From the NCBI GenBank assembly GCA_951406725.2, contig OX597814.1, positions 182,218,001-182,282,000 of the forward strand: DNA of 64,000 nt, written 5' to 3'. The notes under the pieces were generated by a model. That model was not told the DNA's origin and made no database searches. It saw only the letters and a program-made list of their open reading frames with translations. Of this stretch, positions 11,970 through 22,868 are shown one piece after another (the stretch's first letter is position 1; each line of letters starts with the position of its first letter). The position numbers and the translations under genes were made by a program. The DNA is from Octopus vulgaris. Taxonomy: Eukaryota.

Positions 11970-13218
11970 TGAAGTTGAGTTAAAAGTTTTTTTTTCAAAT
12001 TTTCACTGATAGGTTTTGGCAACTTGTATCTCTGTGTTTTATCATTAATTTGATGCAATTTGTTCAATTATTTGCTGAGTTGTTTAGTCTTTGTTTACAT
12101 ATATAACCTAGAAACATTAATTGTTTATCCTTTATTTTACAGCTTTGATAATGGGTGGTGAAAAATATGTAATTAGAGTCATTTTATGCAAGGACCAATT
12201 GCAAGGACAGTGGAAAAAGAAACTAATGATGTGGAAATGCCAGTATCTGTCAATGAACATGTGGGCACAAAACTGTTTAAGATGTCTCAAGGAAGGGAGA
12301 CCAACCTTGAAGACAAACCAAGGTCAGGGAGACTGTCTGTTGTGGAAGATGAGGCTTTGTTTGAAATGGTTGAACAACAGCCAAGCACAAGCGATTATAC
12401 ATTGTTAGCAGAACTTGGTCCTTCACAAAGCACCATCAACTGACACCTTCATAAGCTTGGCCTTGTGAACAAACAAAGTTGAGAAGTTCCTCATAACAGA
12501 CCAATGATCAGGCTCAATGATGTATGAACATTTGCAAACAGCTACTGGCAAATCCTCAAAATGCTTGTTTTTGGTGTCAAATTATAACTGTGGATGAAAT
12601 GTGGGTCTATATTCGTAACCTTATTAAGAGAAATTCCAGCTATGCTTCAGAAGCTGTTGTCAAACAAGGGCAGTTTGGACAGAAGGTAATGTTGTGTGTT
12701 TGGTGGAATTTTGAGGTGGGTGTTGCTCTTTGAGCTTGTTACAGATGGTCATGCTATGAATACTAACCTTTATGCTCAACAACTGAAGCAAGTAAACGAT
12801 GCTTTGAAAACCCGCTATCCAGCATTGGATAATCAAAGACATGTGCTCCTACAGCATGATAATGCCCTAGCACACATGGCCAATGTGACCCCATGCAAAC
12901 CTGAGGAATTTGAGGGGCTGGAAATGGTGCTGTCTCACCCTGCCTACAGTCAGATTACGACCTTTTCCAAGCCATGCTACATTACTTGCATGGATGGAGG
13001 TTCAACAATGCGGATGAGGTTGAAAATGGGTGCAGGGACTTTCTTGCCTCTTAACCAGCCAAATAGTATAAGCATGGAATTAAGCTTCTGGCATAATTAT
13101 GGCAACAGACAATACAATATGAAGAGATATAGTTTGATAAATAATTGCTTTCTGTATGTAATTTGTTTGAACTATTAATTAAAGCTTGAAATATGAGAAA
13201 AACTTTTGACTCAACCTG
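11970..13218 (+). mobile_element. Decayed near-full-length mariner transposon
   Basis: Motifs LEDKPRSGR, IITVDEMWVY, KVMLCVWWN, LLQHDNALAH, HPAYS spread over several frames. TIRs agttgagttaaaagttttt / aaaaacttttgactcaacct. Confidence 0.88.
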
Positions 13219-14383
13219 ACAAAATAGCTTTATAATTATTAATAATGGTATCTCAAACATAAATTAACATATTTTGATGAAATGTCTTAATTTAAATCGG
13301 TTTCAAACATATGTCACAATGACCACAACTAACAATTGGAGAGTTGCTTGCCCCAACAGTTGGAGAGTTTCTGCTGCTGCTAACCCAAACACCAAGCAGT
13401 TTAAAATAAAGTTTGTCTCATAGGTCCAGGGGCAGTTTTGGGTGGGTTAATATTAAAAGGGTTGAACGAGAGGTTCCAAAAGTAGATGGCACTCCCCTCA
13501 TCTCCCCGTGGGAGATGAGGACAGTGGAAAGATCCAGGTGGGGGCGTTGAAGGAAAGTCAGGTGATAATGAGGTGGTCAAAAGGGGGTGATGTATGTAAA
13601 AAAAACCTCCAAAATAATGGGTTAAGTTTTATTTGCGAAATACAGTTGTTTTGAATTTGCTACAGAAAGTGATCTGTTTGTGGTGGTGAGTTGGGGACAG
13701 GGGCGCTAGGAATGTGGCCTGGGTGTCAAGGGGGCAACAGCCTGAAATAATTTGGGAAGTACTGAGTTGAACATAATCCAAAGAAAAGCAGATAATGATT
13801 CTGTGAAAGAATACTGTTGTAGATTGTATACAGGTGGCTCATAATTTATGATTTTCTTTTACATTTTTGTAACGCTTTACATTTTACACAATAATGTAGG
13901 TTAGTTAGATCTGCAAATTAATTATTTAGATATTTATGTAAATTGTGATAACAAGTATGGTTAAAACACTTTTTAACACTAATCATTCACCCAAAAACTT
14001 TTTCAAATTAGATAATTGAATGAAACAGATTAACATAATTTTTTGGCATAAGTTGACCAAACTTCACAGCCAAAAAAAGTAGGTTGACTTATACGCCAAG
14101 ACAGCTTTTGGAGGGCCAAAAATTCCATGTGAAATGCAGCAGGATTTGGAAAGATAGTGACAATGTTTGAATGTTTACACTACATGTTTTTCACTATATT
14201 CTATGTTGCCTTGTATGCTGGAAAGTATAGTAATGTTCCTTTTCGAGGGATGTAATGTTATGACAGTGATTATCACCATACATATGAATTTTAGTTTAGA
14301 ATAAATAAATAAGGTTCTGAATAATGAACACAAAGTATTGGTCACTTCAGATATTTGTCACCTCCCATTTGGAATATGTTACT

Positions 14384-14614
14384 TTATTTCTTTATTGCCC
14401 ACAGGGAGTGAAACATAGAGGGGACAAACAAGGACAGACAAAGAAATTAATTCGATTGACCCCAGTACGCAACTGGTACTTAATTTATTGATCCTGAAAG
14501 GATGAAAGGCAAAGTCGACCTCGGTGGAATTTGAACTCAGAATATAGTGGTAGACGAAATACAGCTAAGCATTTCACCCGGCATGCTAATGTTTCTGCCA
14601 ACCTCGCCACCTTA
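14384..14614 (-). mobile_element. SINE family B with TSD (others at ~14710-14925, 15885-16108, 24260-24473, 32918-33368, 34170-34390, 47125-47337, 62570-62815)
   Basis: TSD atttggaatatg(t/c)tact. Confidence 0.85.
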
Positions 14615-15307
14615 ATTTGGAATATGCTACTGATGTGCTAGTATTGAAAAATCCCTTTATTATCTTGCAAAGGGCTATTAACTTCACCTTATAGAGAATT
14701 TATTAATATTGGTTCCAAATACTGGTACAAGGCCAGCAATCTTAGAGGAGGGGATAAGTTGATTACTTCACCCCCAGTACTCAACTGCTACTTGTTTCAT
14801 CAACCCTGAAAGGATGAAAGACAAAGTTGACCTCAGTGAAATTTGAACTCAGAATGTAAGGATGGATGAAATGCTGCTAAGCATTTTTGCTTGGCCTGCT
14901 AATGATTCTGCCAAATCACCACCTCTGAGAATTGATTAATGATCTTTTCAGGAATGGGTCACGAGGACATCCAAGGACATGATCTTCAATAATGTAATCA
15001 TACCAAGGATAAGAACCATAGAATAGAACATGAAATTAGGTTCATTTAAAGCTAAGTGAATCATTTAGAAAACTATCTCCACCCACACTACTTTTGCCAA
15101 TTACACATTGATTTCTTACATAGGCACAAGACCACAGATTGGTGGTGGTGGTGGTGGGGTGGTGGAAGAACAATCGATTGTATTTACTATAGTACTTGGC
15201 TGGAATTTATTGATCTAAGGAGGACAAAAGGTAAAGTTGGCCTCAGTGTGGTTTGAATATAGAACTTAAAGGGCCAATGTTGTGATGACTCTGGCAATCC
15301 ATCAACC

Positions 15308-15366
<59 letters not shown>

Positions 15367-15383
15367 CACACACACACACACAC

Positions 15384-15414
<31 letters not shown>

Positions 15415-15849
15415 ATTACACTACCCCTGTAATATTTTGTATATTTATATATAGTCTTAGCCATAATGAGTAAAAGTAACTAAAGAACACATACACACAT
15501 ATGTATGTGAATGTATGTATGTTAGTAAGCATGCATGTGTATATATCTATATATATATCACTGTATCACTGTATTGATCAGACTATCAGCTATTGTGTTA
15601 CAGGTCAGTGTCCCAATGCGCTTCTTTGCATTGTGTCACCCTGACAGGCAGGCCAACGTTCTCTCTGAGCAGAATACCAGTCCATTGCAGAGTTACCCAT
15701 CTACAACTGAATGGACTGGATCAACATGAAATGAAGTAGTTTACTCAAGAACTCAAATGCACTGCTACTCTGGGAATTTAAACCATGGTCTTGCAACCAT
15801 AAATGCGACATCCTAACCATCAGACCATATTCTATCACATACATACATG

Positions 15850-15880
<31 letters not shown>

Positions 15881-16134
15881 AGTACCTATTTCTTTACTGC
15901 CCACAAGGGGCTACACACAGAGGGGACAAACAAGGACAGACAAACGGATTAACGACCCTAGTGCGTAACTGATACTTATTTAATCGACCCTGAAAGGATG
16001 AAAGGCAAAGTTGACCTCGGCAGAATTTGAACTCAGAACGTAGCAGCAGACGAAATATCGCTAAGCATTTCGCCCAGCATGCTAATGTTTCTGTCAGCTC
16101 GCCGCCTTCATATATATATATATATATATAAGAG

Positions 16135-17040
16135 TACCATCCAAGCATGATCGTTGCCAGTGCAACAAACTGGCTTCCCTGCCAGTGGCATGTAAAAAGC
16201 ACCATTCGAGCGTGATCATTACCTGCATCACCTTACTGGCACTTGTGCTGATGGCACGTGAAAAAACATTTGAGCAAGGTCATTGCCAGTACTGCTGGAC
16301 TGGCTCCAATGTAGGCACATAAAAAGCACCATTTGAGTGTGGCTGTTGCCAGTACCTTACTGGCACTTGTGCTGATGGCACGTGAAAAAACATTTGAGCA
16401 AGGTCATTGCCAGTACTGCTGGACTGGCTCCAATGTAGGCACATAAAAAGCACCATTTGAGTGTGGCTGTTGCCAGTACCTTACTGGCACTTGTGCTGAT
16501 GGCACGTGAAAAAACATTTGAGCAAGGTCATTGCCAGTACTGCTGGACTGGCTCCAATGTAGGCACATAAAAAGCACCATTTGAGTGTGGCTGTTGCCAG
16601 TACCTTACTGGCACTTGTGCTGATGGCACGTGAAAAAACATTTGAGCAAGGTCATTGCCAGTACTGCTGGACTGGCTCCAATGTAGGCACATAAAAAGCA
16701 CCATTTGAGTGTGGCTGTTGCCAGTACCTTACTGGCACTTGTGCTGATGGCACGTGAAAAAACATTTGAGCAAGGTCATTGCCAGTACTGCTGGACTGGC
16801 TCCAATGTAGGCACATAAAAAGCACCATTTGAGTGTGGCTGTTGCCAGTACCGCCTGACTGGCCCTCGTGCTGGTGGCACGTAAAAGCACCCACTACACT
16901 CTTGGAGTGGTTGGCGTTAGGAAGGGCATCCAGCTGTAGAAACTCTGCCAGATCAGATTGGTGCAGCCATCTGGTTCGCCAGTCCTCAGTCAAATCGTCC
17001 AACCCATGCTAGCATGGAAAGCGGATGTTAAACGATGATG

Positions 17041-17042
<2 letters not shown>
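16135..17042 (+). mobile_element. SINE-like family C (RTE-type 3' tail, (GAT)n end) with internal minisatellite
   Basis: Tail ggcgttaggaagggcatccagctgtagaaac...cccatgctagcatggaaagcggatgttaaacgatgatg is shared with 1-164, 7424-7697, 17708-18115, 43170-43660, 44403-44790, 54864-55100, 57961-58160 and 61262-61470. Confidence 0.82.
16231..16850. repeat. Tandem array of 5 x 124 bp, apparently identical units
   Basis: Unit ccttactggcacttgtgc...ggctgttgccagta starts at 16231, 16355, 16479, 16603 and 16727. Confidence 0.95.
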
Positions 17043-17084
<42 letters not shown>

Positions 17085-17707
17085 GGATGGATACAGAATA
17101 TGGCTTGTCAGAAATAGCTTATTATTATGTTTACAAAGAAGTGAAAATCAGAAGATAAGTGTAATTATCGTGAAGGAATATTAATGACATCTTAAATTAC
17201 AAACTGGATTCTTCTTTTAACATGATATTAATCTAAATTCTCCCACACACTGCATTTTGTCAGTTTATTAGATAATGAGTTAAGTTGAATGTTGAATAAT
17301 GAATGCTCTTATTATGCTTGATGGTATTGATTAGAAACTAAGCATACACTCAATATCAATAAATCTCTGTACTTAGTGCTAATGCAATATTTGCAACAAC
17401 AGCAGCAGTTAGAATAAGAATTTTAATTAATCCAATAAAATCTTAGAAAATCTCTTATAGGTTAGTTCTTATATGATTGGGTTACTGGTAAGTGGTCTGA
17501 TTTTAAACAATATTTCCTTTAAAAGGAAGTATGTATTTAGAGAAAGCTAACTCTTAGTGTTTGCAGATTCTCTTTTCTTTTTCTGTAATGAGCATAAAAA
17601 ATGTGCTGAGCTATAGAAAATTTTAACCTACTGAGTAATATCATTTTAATCATTTTGATTGCTCCCTCCATTAAATATGTCAGCACTAACTTAACTATTG
17701 TTTTTCA

Positions 17708-18115
17708 GAGCAGCCAACTGGCTTCCGTGCCAGTGGCACATGAAAGGGCACCATTCGAGCATGATCGTTACCAACATCACCTTACTTGCACCTGTGCTGG
17801 TGGCATGTGTAAAAGGATTCGAGCAAGGTCGTTGCCAGTGCCGCTGGACTGGCTCCTGTGCAGGTGGCACATAAAAAACACCATTTGAGCGTGGCCGTTG
17901 CCAGTACCTCCTGACTGGCCCCCGTGCTGGTGGCACGTAAAAAGCACCCACTACACTCTTGGAATGGTTGGTGTTAGGGAGGGCATCCAACTGTAGAAAC
18001 TCTGCCAAATCAAGATTGGAGCCTGGTGCAGCCATCTGGTTCGTCAGCCCTCAGTCAAAATCGTCCAACCCATGCTAGCATGGAAAGCGGACGTTAAACG
18101 ATGATGATGATGATG
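17708..18115 (+). mobile_element. SINE-like family C copy with unexpanded ~62-bp subrepeats
   Basis: Collinear with 16135-17042 but has a single 124-bp unit. Confidence 0.85.
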
Positions 18116-19632
18116 GTATTAGTGGATAACTGACCTCAATGATTTATTTCTTAAAATATCTGCCTACCCTTATACAATGCTGTACACCTATATAATGATT
18201 CTTACATCACAATTTCAGCAAGTATAGTGAAGTCTATGCTTTGCTGAGATCTATTAAGATAAAAATATGCCCAGAGTTGTCTTTTCTCTGTACTCACCAA
18301 AATGATTAAAATAATCTTAGTCATTGAGCAAATTTTGTCTTTTCCTCACAACATAAGTACTTCTAATTAGTAATTAACTACAGTGATTTAGATAAGGGAA
18401 AGATATTGGCTCAGAATTATTGGCTGAGCCATTAGAAAGTCAGACAGAACACATTATGGTATTTGTTCTGACTCTGAGTTCAAACTCTGCCTACTAAATA
18501 GGAGTGTTCAATTCTGTGTGAAGAGGTTGAAGTTATTAGTCATTAGATTGTAGATCTATTTACAAGTATTTTCTCATGGTTTTATGTTTTATTAAGAATA
18601 TTAAATATGTAGATTCTTGATGACATAATTTCAGGCTATAATCAAGTGGATCATTAACTTATTTTAGTGTTATTGTTATTCAATTAACCCCAGAAAGATA
18701 TAACATTAAACTGACCTTGGCAGAACTTGAAACTATTAGGTTCCAGACCTATTCCTTTTTTTTTTTAAATTTTAAATTTAAAGATGCATGAACTATGTTA
18801 ATGATGATGGTGGTGAAAGCAGTGGTAGTGATAAGATCCAAATATTAGTACATTCCCTTAGTTTACTAATAGAAAGTTATCATTTGTTATCTAATGGCAA
18901 ATGATGACATCTACTAAACCTGCAAAAACTCCTGGATAATTTCTTGCAATCAAAATCTGGTAAATCTGGTAATGTTCTGGATCTATGAGCAGAATATCTC
19001 AAGAACCTAATCATCAACGAACCACAAAAATACAATAAATAACCAATCAAATGGTTTCACATTCTACTGTACAAACGGTAGAAGTAGGAACACTCTATAC
19101 ATCTTTGAATGAGACAACCTACCTCATCATCAAGTGGCAGTGAAGGATGGGATGGTTGAGGGGTGTATTGATAGGATGAGTAGCAAAAACTGAGGATGTG
19201 AGACATACAACTTAGAGTCTATGTACCTTAGCATAAAAGATGCTATGCACTTATAGCCAGTATGTCTGAAGAGTTATTAATATTGCCTAGGTGCAATAGT
19301 CAGCATGAAACCAACAGCAACATTCTGACTAGTTATATGCCTTAACTAGTAATATATTACTCAATGATAAAATAAAAATATAAAAATACATCTATTACTT
19401 TAATTGAGTGTGTTTTTTCTGACTTATGGACAGCTAACTAATTATATATACGTTACAGATGGAGAAAAATGAAGTTGACATTTCAATTATATACTGTATA
19501 TTTCCACAAGAATGGTTACTTCTTGTTTAGCAACAGATCACACAATGGAACAAAATAACCAAACCACTTCACCAGACGTGACTTGAATTATCAAAACACA
19601 ATTCAAATTGTTTTGATAATTCAAATCACAGC

Positions 19633-20148
19633 TAGGTTGACTCTAAGGCCCTTCAATTCTAATCCTTGTTTCCACACTTGAAACTTCTCTAGTTCTGATA
19701 GAGACTCAGCAATTAGAGCAAGGTCATCAGCATAGAGGAGCTCCCAGGGGCATCCTGCCTTGAATTTCTCCGTTATTGCCTGGAGGACTATGATAAATAG
19801 GAGGGGGCTGAGGATTGAACCTTGGTGGACCCCTACCTCTACCCGGAATTCTTCACTTTACTTGTTGCCAACCCTCACCTTACTGACAGCGTCCCTGTAC
19901 ATAGCTTGCACAGCTCTCACTGACCATTCATCTATCCCTAGTTTCCTCATTGACTACCAGATAAGGGATCGGGGGACCCTGTCAAAGGCTTTCTCCATGT
20001 CAACGAAAGCCAGGTACAGAGGTTCATCTTTGGCTAGGTATTTCTCCTGCAGCTGTCTTACCAGAAATATAGCATCAGTGGTGCTTTTCCCAGGCATGAA
20101 CCCAAACTGCATCTCATCTAAACTGACTCTCTCCCTAATTGGTTGGGC
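19633..20148 (-). mobile_element. RTE-clade LINE reverse transcriptase fragment
   Basis: Minus-strand translation includes STTDAIFLVRQLQEKY, AFVDMEKAFDRVP, GVHQGSILSPLLF and LLYADDLALIAE, with in-frame stops. Confidence 0.9.
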
Positions 20149-20659
20149 TAGTAGATGAAATTGAGGATCTACTTATTACTTCAGTCTACTGGTGGAATAA
20201 CGGTAGAATGAGGCATTTTTGCTTCTTGGCTAAAACAGCTGTTAGATATTTTCACAATTTATATTCCTGTATGTCATATTTTAATAATTACTGGTATCTT
20301 TATATATTATATATATTAATATATTTCATATGTAAAGCATAATATGTTATACATGTATGTATATTTTTGTAATTGTCATTTTAGTAAATAAATAAATAAG
20401 TTGACATAATATAATGTTCAAAAGTTGATGAACCACCTATTGATCCCCTCCATTTTCTTATTGCTCTATAAATTAATGTTAAAATATCTCTTTACTTTCA
20501 TCCATTTAGTACACCCAGTAATGTAATTGCAATGCAATAAAAAACAAAAAATATGTGTGTATTAATAATTGGGCAATCTACCAGCAGTACATTGGATAGA
20601 TATTATCCCTTAGTTGGTTGGATTCACAACCTCTAACTTTCTTGGAATATATATATATT

Positions 20660-20831
20660 CGGAATGGTCAGCGGCAAGAGAGGAAGAGGCTGACCAAGAA
20701 CCCGCTGGCTTGACAACATCAAGAGTGATACCGGAATGGACATAGCCAATCTGAAAGAAGCGGCCCAGGATAGAACTGACTGGAGGACACTGATCCAATG
20801 AGTAACCGAGAGTCGACTTCGACTGAGCGGA
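20660..20831 (+). mobile_element. RTE (BovB-like) LINE 3' end
   Basis: Translates GMVSGKRGRG*PRTRWLDNIK...LKEAAQDRTDWRTLI..VTESRLRL, a typical RTE C-terminus. Confidence 0.78.
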
Positions 20832-20871
20832 TATATATGCTTTAGAATTCAGGGTTAGCCAAGTACAGATC

Positions 20872-21102
20872 ATAATATGAATTATTGAATGATAAGGGAA
20901 TAAATATTACATAATCAACTTCATTAGCTTACAGCTGTTTCTGCAATATGAAGCTGTGCACTTAGAGCTGAGTGTTTGTGCAACATCTTATAGCTTCCTC
21001 AGAGCACTCAGCTCTGTTTGCACTGCTTCTTGTAGCAGAAACAGTTGTAAGCTAATGAAGCTTAATTCTTGTTGCCTTGTCATCCAATAATTCAAATATT
21101 AT
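20872..21102. repeat. Imperfect ~230-bp hairpin element
   Basis: 20919-20976 pairs with 21003-21060; outer arms attattgaatgataagg / ccttgtcatccaataat. Confidence 0.85.
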
Positions 21103-21550
21103 ATTAATGATAATAATAATGATGATGATGATAATAATGATGATGATGATGATGATATAATATATAGGACTGTATTGTTATTAGTAAGAAATACAAGTAG
21201 AAGCATTAGGAGGGTAAAATGATATTGTACAGCAATGCCAGGGCTGAATTAAATGAAGCAAGAATTATTCCCAAGCTCCACTGCTTATCTGTACTTTAAA
21301 AAAAATAAAAGGATCAGAGGTTAGAAATTAGACTTTATGGCTTCAGATATTAAATTATGCGGACTACTTGAAGATACGCAAAGAGATATGCTATGATCCC
21401 TCCAAGCATGGGAACAAATTGCTGGCACATTGCAGCTACTGTATGATTGGATTTGGCCTGCCATATCACTAACTCCTGTGTGGGCATTTGAGAAAATGCC
21501 AAATTAAATGCTATCAACATAACAGTGAAAAATACACTCTAAAGGATGAA

Positions 21551-21607
<57 letters not shown>

Positions 21608-21715
21608 CAGCAGCAGCAGTAGTAGCAGCAGCAGCATGATGATGATGATGAGGAGGAGGATGATAGTGATGAAGATGATGGTGATAAAGAAGAAGATGGA
21701 GGTGATAATGGTGAT
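21551..21715. repeat. Compound trinucleotide microsatellite (TAG)n(CAG)n(GAT)n
   Basis: Direct reading; explains the poly-S/L/Y ORFs. Confidence 0.95.
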
Positions 21716-22563
21716 GGCAAAAATAATCAAATTAACTTGCATAGTTTAGCATAGATTTCCAATGCTAATACTATAATATAAATCAACTGGCACCTGTAAA
21801 TTCTGGTAGTGACAGTGGCCGTATAATAGAATTTCATTTGTTGATTCTCTCAACATTTGTCTTGAACTATTTTTGGGCCAGCAACGAAAAAAAAAACTCT
21901 ATTTCTTGCTTGACCTGCTAGACATAGCAGCAACATCACCCTCAAATCAGATATTCTATTAGCTTACATGAGAATGGTACATATTGGTCCTATGTACTGA
22001 TGTAGTCCTATGTACCCTTAAAAAGATAAGGTGGTGACAGCCAGAATTCTTTGTATCATAGGTCTACTGGACGTAAAGGTTAATCTAGGATTAAACAATA
22101 ACAAGAACCACTACTCCCACTGCCACCACCACATATTCAAGCAGACTGTTTCATGTATTATGTATAATGTGAATGATGATGATGGAAATGCTGATGATAA
22201 TGATGATGTTGAGGATGATGAATATAAGGATGGTGGTAGTGGTGGCAGTGACAAATGCATGTTTTTATTCCTTGTTTTACAATAGAGTCAATTACGGTTA
22301 TATTTTATCAATGGATTACTGCTTGGGTGGTAGACTTAACCAGCTGCATACTTTAACATCACCATCTGGAACCTTGGGTGTCTTTAGTGAAGTCCACTCT
22401 GTTACAAACATTCATATGAGGTCAACAGTTAAAGGATACCTCTCTTACTCTCTCCCATCAGTCTGGGAAGCCCTGTAAAGGGTCATAAGCATTGCCTTTC
22501 CACTTGATTGAAAGACGACAAAAAAAAAATAAACAAATAAATAAATAAAAATAAGCAACTTAC

Positions 22564-22868
22564 CGAGTCATTTTGTGAACGGATGGTGAGGTATCCTGGA
22601 TGATGTTCCACATCCAATGACAAAGGTGCTGGCGGATGAACACAAACATTATTCTTACTATAGACTATTTCGCCATCAAGTGGTGGAGGCCTTAAGGTAT
22701 CAGTATTACTGAAACCCAAGAAATTTGATGCCTTGCGGAACATGCTGCCGAAGCCAGCCATACTGGGTGTAAGGCTGCCACTTCTTACCTTTTCATTAAA
22801 ACCCGATGGTGATTTGGAATCGGCTGGTTCTTGCTTTTTTGCAGGTGATTCATACTTTTGCCGGGGCG
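22564..22868 (-). CDS. TBC1D16: TBC1 domain family member 16-like, exon containing the conserved N-terminus (Met at 22761)
   Basis: Translation ...LDGEIVYSKNNVCVHPP...EHHPGYL matches the TBC1D16 N-terminal motif as I recall it (LDGEIIYSKNNVCVHPP...EHHPGYL). Acceptor tttattttacgcAG ends at 22869. Donor GTAAGT starts at 22563. Met to donor is 66 codons, phase 0. Confidence 0.92.

Noticed and set aside
16231-16850. CRISPR-like regular array
   Set aside because: Units are identical end to end with no unique spacers, there are no cas genes, and the context is a eukaryotic SINE.
19760-20158. 132-aa plus-strand ORF
   Set aside because: It is the antisense shadow of the RTE reverse transcriptase fragment.
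21514-21749. Poly-Ser/Leu/Tyr ORFs, and similar IY/TH/CV ORFs across the window
   Set aside because: These are translations of microsatellites.
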